A stretch of 64,000 nt of DNA from Planctomycetota bacterium (GTDB taxonomy: Bacteria; Planctomycetota; B15-G4; SIAN01), in contig JANNXA010000010.1 of the NCBI GenBank assembly GCA_031409275.1, forward strand, positions 128,001-192,000, given 5' to 3'. The notes below the pieces were generated by a model. It worked only from the letters and a program-made list of their open reading frames with translations. It was not told where the DNA came from and made no database searches. Every line of letters begins with the position of its first letter. Position 1 is the stretch's first letter. A program made the translations under genes and the position numbers. This document shows, in pieces, positions 50,451 through 60,381 of this stretch.

Positions 50451-52781
50451 ATGTCCCAGATGTGCGCCAAGACCGCCCGCCCTGGAGTTCGGGCGTGGCT
50501 CGCCGTCCTCCTCGCCACCTGCATCGCGGGACTCCGGGCACCACGGCTGCCGGCGCAAGGAATGCCCGCACCGAGCAAGGTCGAGTCTTGGATCTCGCCG
50601 CTCAACCAGAAGCGCATGAAGATCGAGTGGGAGGGGCCGCCCGAATACAAGGCGAAGAAGCTCCCCGACGGGTCGAGCGAGGCTCCGCGCTCCCCATGGC
50701 CCTTCCTGCTCTACGTGAAGGACGTCGACAGCAAGGAGGCGCAGAAGATCAGCGCCGTCGTCTTCGCCGATGCCCGCATCGCACTCGCCTCGTTCGCCGT
50801 CAAGTTCGTCCAGCTGCCGCCCGACCGCGCCATCGAACTCCCCTACCTGAAAGGGGTCGCCGGGCTGAAGGACCCGATGCTGCTGGTGATCGACCGCGAT
50901 TTCAAAGTGGTCGGCGTCGTCGACGAGTGGAAGAACTTCGACGACAAGGGGGTCCTGCCGCTGTTGCAGAAGGTCTCCGACGCGACCTACCCGGTGAAGC
51001 TCGCCGGCTTCCTTGGCGAGCTGATGAAGCTGATGCAGGACGGCGAGAAGAGCTGGAAGCAGGAGGAGCGGGTCGCCGAGCTGCAACGCAAAGCGGGCTG
51101 CGCCGACCCGGCCAAGCAGAAGGCGCTCGACGAAGAGTGCGACAGGCTCGAGAAGGAGATCGAGGAGGCCAATGCGGCGCTCGCCAAGCGCGAGGCGGAG
51201 CTGCGCGCCAGCTTCGTCGCGCGCGAGCCCGAGGCCGCGGCGCTGCCCGAGACCTTCGGCAGCGGCCGCAACAAGCGCAAGCTCACGCCGGCGGAGATCG
51301 AGGCGATCGCCTCGTACCGCGAGTTCGCCCGCAACGAGAACCCGATCGTGCGCGCGGCGGCGGTCGAAGACCTCGGGAGCATCGACACCGGCGCGATGGT
51401 CGAGTTCATCCTCAGCGCCTGCAACGACGTCGACGATCGTGTCGTCGAGGCGGCCGGGCGCGCGCTCGGGAGGATGAAGAGCGACGAGTCGCTCGGTGCG
51501 CTGCTCGCCGGCCTTGACCACCAAAACGCCAAGGCGCGTTTCGCCGCCGCGTACGGCTTCTCGCGCATCCATCGCGCCTACCCGCCGGCGGTGCCGAAGC
51601 TGCTGTCGATCCTGCGGACCGGCGATGACGATCAGCGCCGCGCGGCGATCCAGGCGCTGGCGAACATGAAGGATGCGTCGACCGTCGACGCCTTGATCGA
51701 GGCGCTCGCCGACAAGATCCCCGCGCTGCGTGTCATCGCCGCCGAGGCGCTCGGCACCTTGAAGGCCGCCAAGGCGGCGCCGGTGCTGCTGGCGCAGGTC
51801 GAGACGGCCAGCGACTGGGCGCTCCAGAAGGTCGCCTGCGAATCGCTGGCGGCGCTGCGCGACGTCGCCACCATCGAGCCGCTGCTCCGGCTGTTCGAGA
51901 CGCGCGAAGGGGTCCTGCTCGAAGCGCTGCACAAGACGCTCGCCTCGATCACCGGCGAGGACTTCGGCATGGACGCCGCGTTCTGGCGGCGTTGGTGGGA
52001 CCGCGCGGGCGCCGGCTTCGTCCTGCCGACCGACGACGAGCTGGCCAAGAAACGCGACCGCCTCGAGGCCAACAACGCGAAGTACAAGCGCCCCAACACG
52101 AAGACCTACCACTCGATCGACACGCTCTCGAAGCGATTGATCTTCGTGATCGATACCTCGTCGAGCATGGGCGACAAGATCACCATCACCGATTCGGCGA
52201 CCAAGGAGCAGGTCGAGGCGTTCGGCAGCCGCGTGAAGATGGACATCGCCAAGAACGAGCTGATCGCGCTGCTCGGCACGCTGGAGAACGACGTCGAGTT
52301 CAACATCATCACCTTCGCCGGCAGCGCCAAGCCGTGGCAGGACGGCCTGGTCAGCGCCTCGCAACGCACCGCGGCGATCAAGTTCGTCAGCAAGCTGCAG
52401 CCGCTCAAGGCGGCGGCGACCGGAGGTCGCGCCAGCGGCCCCACCACCGGCAGCGACGAGCAGAAGACCAACACCTACGGCGCGATCCTCGCCGCCTTCG
52501 GCTTCGCCGATGAAGGGTCGCCCGACTGGAAGAAGCGCGGCAAGGTCGACACGATCTTCTTCGTGACGGACGGCTTGCCCACCACCGGCCAGATCGTCGA
52601 CGTGCCGAAGATGATCGACGCCGTCTGCGAGATGAACCGCAGCCGCGGGATGACGATCCATCTGGTCATGTTCGACGCCGACGCCGCACGCCGCCTCGAG
52701 GGACTTGCCACGCGCAACGGCGGCAAGTGCGTCGTGCGCAACTTCGAAAGCGGGGGCCCGCCGCCACCCGACGGGAAGTGA
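50451..52781 (+). CDS. Secreted HEAT-repeat + vWA domain protein
   Basis: Signal peptide; coiled coil; multiple HEAT/PBS-lyase repeats; MIDAS DTSSS, TNTYGA, FFVTDG.PT. Confidence 0.82.
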   Translation: MSQMCAKTARPGVRAWLAVLLATCIAGLRAPRLPAQGMPAPSKVESWISPLNQKRMKIEWEGPPEYKAKKLPDGSSEAPRSPWPFLLYVKDVDSKEAQKISAVVFADARIALASFAVKFVQLPPDRAIELPYLKGVAGLKDPMLLVIDRDFKVVGVVDEWKNFDDKGVLPLLQKVSDATYPVKLAGFLGELMKLMQDGEKSWKQEERVAELQRKAGCADPAKQKALDEECDRLEKEIEEANAALAKREAELRASFVAREPEAAALPETFGSGRNKRKLTPAEIEAIASYREFARNENPIVRAAAVEDLGSIDTGAMVEFILSACNDVDDRVVEAAGRALGRMKSDESLGALLAGLDHQNAKARFAAAYGFSRIHRAYPPAVPKLLSILRTGDDDQRRAAIQALANMKDASTVDALIEALADKIPALRVIAAEALGTLKAAKAAPVLLAQVETASDWALQKVACESLAALRDVATIEPLLRLFETREGVLLEALHKTLASITGEDFGMDAAFWRRWWDRAGAGFVLPTDDELAKKRDRLEANNAKYKRPNTKTYHSIDTLSKRLIFVIDTSSSMGDKITITDSATKEQVEAFGSRVKMDIAKNELIALLGTLENDVEFNIITFAGSAKPWQDGLVSASQRTAAIKFVSKLQPLKAAATGGRASGPTTGSDEQKTNTYGAILAAFGFADEGSPDWKKRGKVDTIFFVTDGLPTTGQIVDVPKMIDAVCEMNRSRGMTIHLVMFDADAARRLEGLATRNGGKCVVRNFESGGPPPPDGK

Positions 52782-52844
52782 CCGAGCGCGCGCCGCTCGC
52801 GGCGGCGAAGCGCCCGCTCAGCCGACGCGCCTTCGCGTGGCCCG

Positions 52845-54056
52845 CTACCGCCCCGCGTACTCCTTCAAGACGTATTCGCGCCAGCGTTGGTAGAGGACGC
52901 TCGGGCTGCAGCCGAACGCCTCCTGGATGAGCTCGGCCGGCTTCAGGTTGCGCTGCAGGTCATCCATCGGCTCGAGGATCTTGGTGAAGCGGACCGGCTC
53001 GGTGTCGATCAGCCACTTCACCACCGACCACGACAGGCCGTTCTCGACGCCCGAAAGCTCACCGGGTTGCAGCTTCTCGCACCACTGCGCGAAGGGCGAA
53101 TCTTTGTCGCGCCTCACCAGCGTGAAGATGATCGCCTCCCAATCGGGCTTGGTGAAGTCGGTCGGCGGCTTGCCTTCGGCCCAGCAGAAGTTGTTCCAGC
53201 GGATGTTCTCGCGCCGCTCGTAGTAGTGGCCGAGCCCCTCCTCGATCCACGCCGGCGTCTCGCGGAAGTAGTTGTTGTAGCCGTCGATCAGCAGGTGCGC
53301 GGTGTTGTGGAACACGTGGTTCGCCAACGCGCCATCGCCGCGCGCGACTTGCTGCGCGACGATGCTTTCCGCAACGGAGAGCAGGATGAAGTTCGGCTTG
53401 TCCTGGATGTGCCACTGCACGCCGCCCTTGTCGTTGCGACCGCCGACGTAGCGGTCGACGAAGTCGTGGTGCTGCGTGTAGTCGGCGAACAGGTAGATCT
53501 CGTACATCCCCGGCATGCCGAGGTTCGGCTGCGTGTTGTTGGTCAACGCGGAGAAGTGGGCGTACTGCCGCTCGAGGCGGATGTGGTACAGGTGCAGCCG
53601 CTGATGCGCGGTGAGCTTCGCCCCTTCCGGGCCGAAGGTGACACCCGGCTGGATCGTCTTCAATCGATCGAGGTCGAAGCGTGCGAAGACGCTGTCGTTG
53701 TACTTGGCCGTGCTCGGCCCGAGCGTCGAGAAGATCTTGAAGTGCGGCGTCTGGATCGCGACCCAGTCCTCTTTCTTGATGTTGAGCTGCTCCGCCACCT
53801 TCGCGGCCGGCTTGTGCAGCAACTCGAGCTCGCGCGCCTCCGCCGGTCGCAACTTCTCCTCGATGCACCACGGGCACCAGAACGGTTCGAGCTCGATCTT
53901 GAGCGGCGTGGTCGGCGAGCGCGGATTGCAGTCGTCGAGCGGCGTCTTCGGCTTGTCGTCGTCGCCCGCGCGCGCCGGAGTGGCGACGGCCGGCAGCGCC
54001 GCCAGCAACGCCGCTCCGATCGCGAAGCCCGCCATCCTGTTTCGCGCGCACTTCAC
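52845..54056 (-). CDS. Secreted gluzincin/peptidase MA-like protein with degenerate metal motif
   Basis: Signal peptide; CPWC; 'HNTAHLL....PAWIEEGLGHYYE'. Confidence 0.55.
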   Translation of the reverse strand: MKCARNRMAGFAIGAALLAALPAVATPARAGDDDKPKTPLDDCNPRSPTTPLKIELEPFWCPWCIEEKLRPAEARELELLHKPAAKVAEQLNIKKEDWVAIQTPHFKIFSTLGPSTAKYNDSVFARFDLDRLKTIQPGVTFGPEGAKLTAHQRLHLYHIRLERQYAHFSALTNNTQPNLGMPGMYEIYLFADYTQHHDFVDRYVGGRNDKGGVQWHIQDKPNFILLSVAESIVAQQVARGDGALANHVFHNTAHLLIDGYNNYFRETPAWIEEGLGHYYERRENIRWNNFCWAEGKPPTDFTKPDWEAIIFTLVRRDKDSPFAQWCEKLQPGELSGVENGLSWSVVKWLIDTEPVRFTKILEPMDDLQRNLKPAELIQEAFGCSPSVLYQRWREYVLKEYAGR

Positions 54057-56167
54057 CGGATCACCTCCGCCTTCTGGCAGCACTCGCCCAGATCGAGCGC
54101 GTCGAGGACTGCGAGTCCCTCAATCACCTTGCCATAGACCGTGTAACGCCCGTCGAGGTGCGGCGCCGGCATCAGCATCGCGAACCACTGGCAGCCGCCG
54201 CTGTCGGGGCCGGCATTGGGCATCCCCACCACGCCACGCTCGTAAGGCAGGGGACCGATCTCGTCGCGCACGACGACGCCTCCAGTGCCCCAGCCGTCGC
54301 CGCGCGGATCGAAGCCCTGCACGACGAAACCGCTGACGATGCGGTGGATCGGCAGTCCGTCGCAGGCGCCCGCTTCGACGCGCTCACGGAAGAGCGTCGC
54401 GTGCCGCGGCGCCGCGGCCGCCAGCAACTGCATCACCACGACGCCACCCGCGAACTGCAATCGCACGCGCGGGTCGGCGGATGGCGCAAGCCACTCGTCG
54501 GCATCGACCTCCACGGTCTCCGCGCTTGCCGCCGGCACCGGTTGCGCCCGCGCCGCAGCCAGCGCCGCGCGTCCCGCATCGCTGTCGACTTTCGCCAGCT
54601 CTTCCTGCGCCGCCGCGCGCACCGCCGCCGCCGGATCGCCGGCCGCGTGGCCGAGGAACGGCAGCGCCTCCGCGCCGGCCAGCTTCGCCGCCGCGTGCAC
54701 CGCGTTCGCGCGCGCCTCGGCCCGCTCCTCGCCCGACAACGCGTCGAAGCGTTGCACGAGCGGCGCCAGATCCTCGGCGCGCCCGACCGTCTTCAGCAGA
54801 TCGAGCGCGTTGGCCGCCACCGCGAAGTCGGGGTGGCTCGCCGCCGCCAGAGCCAGCGGCCGCAGCGACTCCGCCGCATCGCCGACCACCGCGGCGAGCG
54901 CGCTCCACGCCTCGCTCGCCACGTAGCCATCGTCGTCATGCGTCGCCTGCAGCAGCGCCGCACGCGCCGACGCCATCGACGTTCCCGTCGCTGCGCCCAA
55001 CGCACGCACCGCCGCGACCCGCTCGTGGCGATCGGCGCTGGTCCGCGCCGCGACGAGTGCGACGCGCGCCACTGCCGCGTCGCCTCCGAGCGCCGCCTGC
55101 CCACGCCACGCCTCCGCACGAACCAGCCGCTTCGAATCGTCTCCAGCGCTCTCGCACGCGGTCCGCGCCGTGACGCGATCCTCGTCCGTAGCGGTCGCCG
55201 CATTCGCGCGCGCCACCAACGCCGCCAGCGCCGCAGCGCGAAGGTGATGGTCGCTGGCGCGCTGGAGGCGGGTGGTCGCCGCGACCAGCGCGGCACGCAC
55301 GACGGCCGGCTCGATCACCGGATCGAGCCGCCCCAACGCACTGGCCGCCTGCGCCGCCACGAAAACCTGCGGGTCGGCCAGCAATCCGACCAACCGTCCC
55401 GCCCGCTCCACCGGCTGCTCGGAAAGCCGCCCAAGCGCGAGCGCCGCGAAGAAGCGCGCCTCCTCGACGCTCGACTGCGCGGCCAGGCGCACCGCGGGCA
55501 GGCGACCGTCGCACTCGATCTCGGCGGTCGCATAGGCCGCCTTCCATGCAACCGCCGGATCGCGATCGGCGACCAATGCAGGCAACGTCTGCGCCAGCAC
55601 GACGGCCACCGCGCCGTCGATGGGACCGCTCGCGCTGGCCGGTCGGCGTCGGCCGATCAGGCGCGCCAGTCCCAGCAGCGCCGCGCCGCGAACCTCCGCC
55701 ACCGGATCGGCGAGTCGCGCCACCAGGTTCGGCGCCAGTTGCGAGGTGCCGAGCTTGCCGAGCGCCTCGACCGCGCGCATGCGCTCCGTCGCAGCTGCCG
55801 CGTCAAGGAATCCCATCACGACGTCGGCCGCTTCCGGGTCGCCGATCTGTCCGAACGCGAAGAGGAGGTCGCCGCGAACGGCGCTCTCCACCTCGACGGC
55901 CAGCGCGCGCCGCAAGGCCGGCACCAGCTCGCGCGCGCGGATCCGTCCGATCGAGCGGGCGGCGGCGCTGCGCAGCTTCGCGTCGCCGCGCAGCAACGAT
56001 GGGTCGAAACGCGCGGGCTCGCGGCACCGCTCGCTCTCCAATCGCATCAGCTCGAGCTGCTGCTGCTCGCTGGCGGTGTGGCAACCCGTGACGCCAAACC
56101 ACGCGGACAGCAACAGAGCGGTCGCCAACACCGGAGCGGGTCGCGTGCGGTGATTCGTAGCGCCCAT
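54053..56167 (-). CDS. HEAT-repeat lipoprotein with C-terminal cyclophilin-type PPIase
   Basis: VTGC lipobox; HEAT repeats; 'HRIVSGFVVQG.DPRGDGWG', 'GM...GPDSGG.Q.F', 'PHLDGRYTVYGKV'. Confidence 0.88.
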   Translation of the reverse strand: MGATNHRTRPAPVLATALLLSAWFGVTGCHTASEQQQLELMRLESERCREPARFDPSLLRGDAKLRSAAARSIGRIRARELVPALRRALAVEVESAVRGDLLFAFGQIGDPEAADVVMGFLDAAAATERMRAVEALGKLGTSQLAPNLVARLADPVAEVRGAALLGLARLIGRRRPASASGPIDGAVAVVLAQTLPALVADRDPAVAWKAAYATAEIECDGRLPAVRLAAQSSVEEARFFAALALGRLSEQPVERAGRLVGLLADPQVFVAAQAASALGRLDPVIEPAVVRAALVAATTRLQRASDHHLRAAALAALVARANAATATDEDRVTARTACESAGDDSKRLVRAEAWRGQAALGGDAAVARVALVAARTSADRHERVAAVRALGAATGTSMASARAALLQATHDDDGYVASEAWSALAAVVGDAAESLRPLALAAASHPDFAVAANALDLLKTVGRAEDLAPLVQRFDALSGEERAEARANAVHAAAKLAGAEALPFLGHAAGDPAAAVRAAAQEELAKVDSDAGRAALAAARAQPVPAASAETVEVDADEWLAPSADPRVRLQFAGGVVVMQLLAAAAPRHATLFRERVEAGACDGLPIHRIVSGFVVQGFDPRGDGWGTGGVVVRDEIGPLPYERGVVGMPNAGPDSGGCQWFAMLMPAPHLDGRYTVYGKVIEGLAVLDALDLGECCQKAEVIR

Positions 56168-56170
56168 CGC

Positions 56171-56707
56171 TCACTTCTTCTCGCTGAAGATCAACTCGCG
56201 CTCGACCTTCCAATCGCCGTCGCGCCAGAACCAGGTCGTGCTGGTGAAGCCATCCTCCTCGAAGCACGAGGTGCTGCGCACCTTTGCGGTCTGCTGTTTC
56301 CCCGCGTGGTTCACCCCTTCGAACAGGAGCGTCCCATCCGCTTCCTCGACGACGGTGCCGTCGATGTAGCCCCCGGTCGCATTGAAGTACCACCAGCGAA
56401 TCGCCGCGGTCGCCGCATCGAAGCCGTAGATCGTCTCGCCTTCGTAGACGACGTGGCCGGCGGCGTCGCGGACGTGGTGGACGTTGCGCAGGAACTTGCG
56501 GCCGAACATCCACTCGTAGTGCTGAGTGTCGGTCAGCCCGCCGGTCGGGAACTTCGCGATCCAATCACGCCCGACGAAGGGTTCCATCACCGCCAGCGGA
56601 TCGGCCGCGGGCGCCTGCTGGCGAACTTCGGCGGCCATCCTCGTTGGCGCAGCCATCAGGCCGGCGCCAACCCAGGTGCCGATCGCAAGGGCGAGGAGCG
56701 TCCGCAT
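56171..56707 (-). CDS. Secreted hypothetical protein (beta-barrel-like, DUF1579-like)
   Basis: GGAG RBS; signal peptide; 'L..MEPFVG..W', 'YEGET.YGFD...IRWWYF'. Confidence 0.65.
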   Translation of the reverse strand: MRTLLALAIGTWVGAGLMAAPTRMAAEVRQQAPAADPLAVMEPFVGRDWIAKFPTGGLTDTQHYEWMFGRKFLRNVHHVRDAAGHVVYEGETIYGFDAATAAIRWWYFNATGGYIDGTVVEEADGTLLFEGVNHAGKQQTAKVRSTSCFEEDGFTSTTWFWRDGDWKVERELIFSEKK

Positions 56708-56972
56708 CGATCTCGTCTCCGTGGGGGTGGACCGCGAGCCGTCGAGATTCTGCCGCCGCGTGTGAACGGCGCCATGCAGCGGCGTTCATTCCGCGGCACC
56801 TGAGAAGACCGCCGGAAGCGGGCGAACCCCTCCGCAGGATCGATGCAGTCGTGCCGAAGGGGGGCGGCGGGCGCGGCTCGTCTCCCTCACGCCTCCGGCG
56901 GCACGCACGCGTCGCCCCGGCGCTCCCCTTCGGATTGCATCACCGACTACTGCATCGCCGGCTGGCTCGCCG

Positions 56973-58355
56973 TCATTCCCAGCGCGCCTGCAACGTGACC
57001 TTGTCCTTGCCGCGCAGGACGAGGAGCGGCACGTCCTTCTTGCTCGGCGCGCCACCGATCAATCGCCGCAACGACACCTGCACGTCGTCGCTCGACAGCT
57101 CCTTGCCATCGATCGTGAGCAGGATGTCGCCGACCTGGAGCCCCGCCTTCGCGCCGACGCTGTCCGGCTCGAGCTGCTTCACCTCGTAGCCGCCCTGCTC
57201 GCGCGCGAATCCGAGCTCGACCATGCGCTCGATCGACACGGCGCCGTCGCCGCTGACTCCGAGTCGCTTCGCGCGGCCGCGCGCCTCCGTCCTCGGCTTG
57301 GCGTAGGCGAGCTTCTCTTCGCAGTTCGCGGTGTTCCAGAGCAGGAGCGTCGCGAAGCGGCCGATCGCCGCCATCTGGTCGTACTCGAGCTTGTCCGGCG
57401 AGTCGCTGATGCGGTGATAGTCGGAGTGCATGCCGGTGAAGATGAAGGTCGTCGGCACGTTGACGTCGAGGAAGCTGGCGTGGTCGGAGTCGGGCTGGTA
57501 GCCGCTCTGCAGCTTGAAGTCGAGATCGGGCGCCGCGGCGCGCGACGCCTCGATCAGGCGCGGCCACAAGTCGTTCTCGAACGAGCCGGTCGCCGCCATC
57601 TCGATGGGCTTGCCCGAGTTGCGGCCGACCATGTCCATGTTCAGCATCGCCACCGTCCGCTCGATCGGGATCGCAGGCGCGCGGCAGTAGTGCGCCGACC
57701 CGAAGAGCCCCTGCTCCTCGGCACTGAACGCGATGAAGACGATGGAGCGCCGCGGCTTCACGTTGCCAGCGGCGAACGCCTGCGCGACTTCCAGGAGCGT
57801 GCAGGTTCCCGACCCGTTGTCGTCGGCGCCGTTCCAGATGGTGTCGCCCCCCGCCGGCCCGCCGATGCGCCCCGCATCGAGGCTCTGCGCGGTACCGACG
57901 TGATCGAAATGGGCGCCCACCACGACCACCTGTTCCTTCAACTTGGGGTCGCTCCCCTCCCACATGCCGACCACGTTCTGCGTGCGCGCCTGCTGGCCGC
58001 GAGCGCCGCCGCGCACCTGGAACTCGAAGTGCTGAAGGAAGGTGCCGTCGTCGCCGAGCGGCGTGAGGCCGAACTCCTCGAAGCGTTCCGCGATCCAGTC
58101 GGCGGCCTCGTCGTTGCTCGGCTCGCCGGCGCAGCGGCCGAGGCGCTCGTCGCTCGCGAGCCACTTCTCGTAGTCGCGCAGGTCGTCGGCCGAGATGGTG
58201 GCCAACGCCGGCTGCAACGGATGGTCGGACGCCAACGGCACCGGCCGCGGCTTCTCGGCAGTGGCAGGCACCGCTTCCTGGAGCGCAGGAAGCGCTGAGG
58301 CCAGCGCACTCGCAAGAGCCGCAACGAGGAGCGTCGATCGAATCGCCTGGTTCAT
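56973..58355 (-). CDS. M28 family aminopeptidase with C-terminal PDZ domain
   Basis: GAHFDHVG, NGADDNGSG, SAEEQGL.GS, NMDMVGR, SDHASF, YH..SD; PDZ 'AGLQVGDILL.IDG'. Confidence 0.9.
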   Translation of the reverse strand: MNQAIRSTLLVAALASALASALPALQEAVPATAEKPRPVPLASDHPLQPALATISADDLRDYEKWLASDERLGRCAGEPSNDEAADWIAERFEEFGLTPLGDDGTFLQHFEFQVRGGARGQQARTQNVVGMWEGSDPKLKEQVVVVGAHFDHVGTAQSLDAGRIGGPAGGDTIWNGADDNGSGTCTLLEVAQAFAAGNVKPRRSIVFIAFSAEEQGLFGSAHYCRAPAIPIERTVAMLNMDMVGRNSGKPIEMAATGSFENDLWPRLIEASRAAAPDLDFKLQSGYQPDSDHASFLDVNVPTTFIFTGMHSDYHRISDSPDKLEYDQMAAIGRFATLLLWNTANCEEKLAYAKPRTEARGRAKRLGVSGDGAVSIERMVELGFAREQGGYEVKQLEPDSVGAKAGLQVGDILLTIDGKELSSDDVQVSLRRLIGGAPSKKDVPLLVLRGKDKVTLQARWE

Positions 58356-60307
58356 GAGCCGCTGACTCCCTGCCCTTCGAGTACGCCGACGTCGATTCGA
58401 CTCGGATGGTTCTGGTCGCGCCAGACCCGATGAGTGGCCGGCACGAAGTCGGCGGGCGCCGCTTCGAAGATGTTCTCGACGTAGTGCTGAGGGTTGCGAT
58501 CGACCAGCGGGAACCAGGTGCTCTGGACCTGGATCATGATCCGGTGGCCCTTGCGGAAGGTGTGCAGCACATCCTGCAGCGGCAGCTTGACCAGCGCGGG
58601 CTCGCCGGGCACGAACGGAGCCGGCGTCGTGTAGCTGTCGCGAAAGCGGCCGCGAATCACCTCGCTGCGCACCAGCATCTGGTAGCCGCTCATCGGCCGT
58701 TGCGTCGGATCGGCCTTCGCGGCCTCCGCATCGGCCCCCTCGTACTCGAAGTCGCCGGGATGGACGTCGACCAGCTTCACCACCCAGTCCGCGTCGCTGC
58801 CGGTCGTCGAGACGTGGAGTTGCGCCAACAGCGGTCCCGCCAACGTGAGGTCGGCGGCGAGCACTTCGCTCTGCCAGGTCAGCACATCGGGACGGCGCGA
58901 CGCGAACCGCTGATCGTCGGTCATGTACTTCTTCGCCATGCCGAGCTCGACATCCTCGAGGAACGGCACCGGCCGACTCGGATCGCTGACGAACTCGTCG
59001 AAAGCGACCGCTTCGGTGGGCGGCGCATCGAAGGCGAGGCGACCACCGCTTAGGAGATGGAGCGCCCGCATCCGCGTCCCTTTCGGCGGCCATGCGGCGA
59101 AGCGCTGCCAGACGTTGCGACCGGTCTCGAAGACCGTCGCTTCGGCCGGCGCCGCGAGCGGCTGACCGCGCAGGTGGCGCTCGAAGAACGGGAACTCGAC
59201 CTCCTCGCGGTACCACAGCGACTGCTTGCCGCCGAAGCGGACGTTGCCCAGCCGGTCGCCATCGCCGCGCGCCCAGCCACCATGCGACCACGGCCCCATC
59301 ACCAGCGAGTTCTCGATGCCGGGGTTCAGTTGTTCGAGCGCGCGATAGACGTGCAACGGTCCGTAGAGATCCTCCGCGTCGAACCATCCGCCCACCGTCA
59401 GCATCGCCGGCGCCGCTTTCCGCAGATGCGGCAGCAGGTTGCGCGCCTGCCAGTAGGCGTCGTAGTTCGGATGCGCGGCGAGGACGTTCCAGTACGGCAC
59501 GCGCCCTTTGAACCAGTCGCGGTCGGCGTTTCGCAACGGTCCGAGGTCGAGGAAGAACTGGTATCCGTCCTTCGTCTTGAACTCGACCGCCGGTGGACGC
59601 CGCTCCGAAGTCGGCCCCGGTCGCGGCACGCCAAACCCGTTCAGGAAGAGGAAGGCGTGGGGCAGGAAGAAGGCGCCGTGATGGAAGAAGTCGTCGAAGA
59701 ACCAGTCGGCGATGGGCGCCTGGGGCGAAGAGGCCTTCAGCGCTGGATGGGCGTCGATGCTGCCGACCGCCGCATAGAAGCCGGGGTAGCTGATCCCCCA
59801 CAAGCCGACGCGGCCGTTGTGGCCGGGGACGTTCTTCACGATCCAGTCGATGGAGTCCCAGGTGTCGGTCGACTCGTCGATCAAGGCACCCGGCTGCGCC
59901 GCCATCTGCGGCCGCATGTCATCGAAGGTGCCGCCCGACTTCCAGCAACCTCGCACGTCCTGATGGACGACGATGTAGCCCTGCTCGACGAAGCGACGAC
60001 TCGGGCCGATCGAGTCGGGGAAGTTCGCTTCGCCGTAGGGCGAGCACGAGTAGGGCGTGCGCCGCATCACGATCGGGTGCGCTTCGTTGGTCGCCTTGGG
60101 CAGGTAGATCGCAGTGAACAGCTCGACCCCGTCGCGCATCGGGATCATCCGTTCCCACTTCGAGTAGAGCTCGGCGATCGGCGGCACGGCCGGCGTCGCG
60201 CTCGCGGGCGGCGGCGGCACGACCGTCTGCGCCCATGCGCTGCTACCAAGCGCGAGCGCAACGAGCCACGCCGCCGACCGACCCGTTGCTGCAAACCACG
60301 ACTTCAT
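58352..60307 (-). CDS. CocE/NonD family hydrolase (alpha-amino acid ester hydrolase / glutaryl-7-ACA acylase-like)
   Basis: IPMRDGV.L, RTPY, QDVRG, GISYPGF, GGWFDAED, GPWSHG, QSTWFPL.DRNPQ. Confidence 0.92.
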   Translation of the reverse strand: MKSWFAATGRSAAWLVALALGSSAWAQTVVPPPPASATPAVPPIAELYSKWERMIPMRDGVELFTAIYLPKATNEAHPIVMRRTPYSCSPYGEANFPDSIGPSRRFVEQGYIVVHQDVRGCWKSGGTFDDMRPQMAAQPGALIDESTDTWDSIDWIVKNVPGHNGRVGLWGISYPGFYAAVGSIDAHPALKASSPQAPIADWFFDDFFHHGAFFLPHAFLFLNGFGVPRPGPTSERRPPAVEFKTKDGYQFFLDLGPLRNADRDWFKGRVPYWNVLAAHPNYDAYWQARNLLPHLRKAAPAMLTVGGWFDAEDLYGPLHVYRALEQLNPGIENSLVMGPWSHGGWARGDGDRLGNVRFGGKQSLWYREEVEFPFFERHLRGQPLAAPAEATVFETGRNVWQRFAAWPPKGTRMRALHLLSGGRLAFDAPPTEAVAFDEFVSDPSRPVPFLEDVELGMAKKYMTDDQRFASRRPDVLTWQSEVLAADLTLAGPLLAQLHVSTTGSDADWVVKLVDVHPGDFEYEGADAEAAKADPTQRPMSGYQMLVRSEVIRGRFRDSYTTPAPFVPGEPALVKLPLQDVLHTFRKGHRIMIQVQSTWFPLVDRNPQHYVENIFEAAPADFVPATHRVWRDQNHPSRIDVGVLEGQGVSGS

Positions 60308-60381
60308 CGCTCGAGCCTCCATCAGGGTGCCGTCCCGTACGAGCGTCGTCGCGCCAAGTTGCGGGGCGCAAAACGGCGCTC

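Noticed and set aside
56790..56940. Glycine riboswitch (CCGAAG and CTCAGG seen on the minus strand)
   Set aside because: Motif order and spacing do not fit, CCGAAGGGG is tied up in a different stem, and the downstream gene is not glycine-related.
56973..59801. 942-aa ORF as one protein; likewise 18607-20907, 20127-21485, 28965-31229, 48378-49850
   Set aside because: The N-terminal extensions overlap other real genes in another frame; true starts reassigned to 58355, 19951, 20976, 30635 and 49182.
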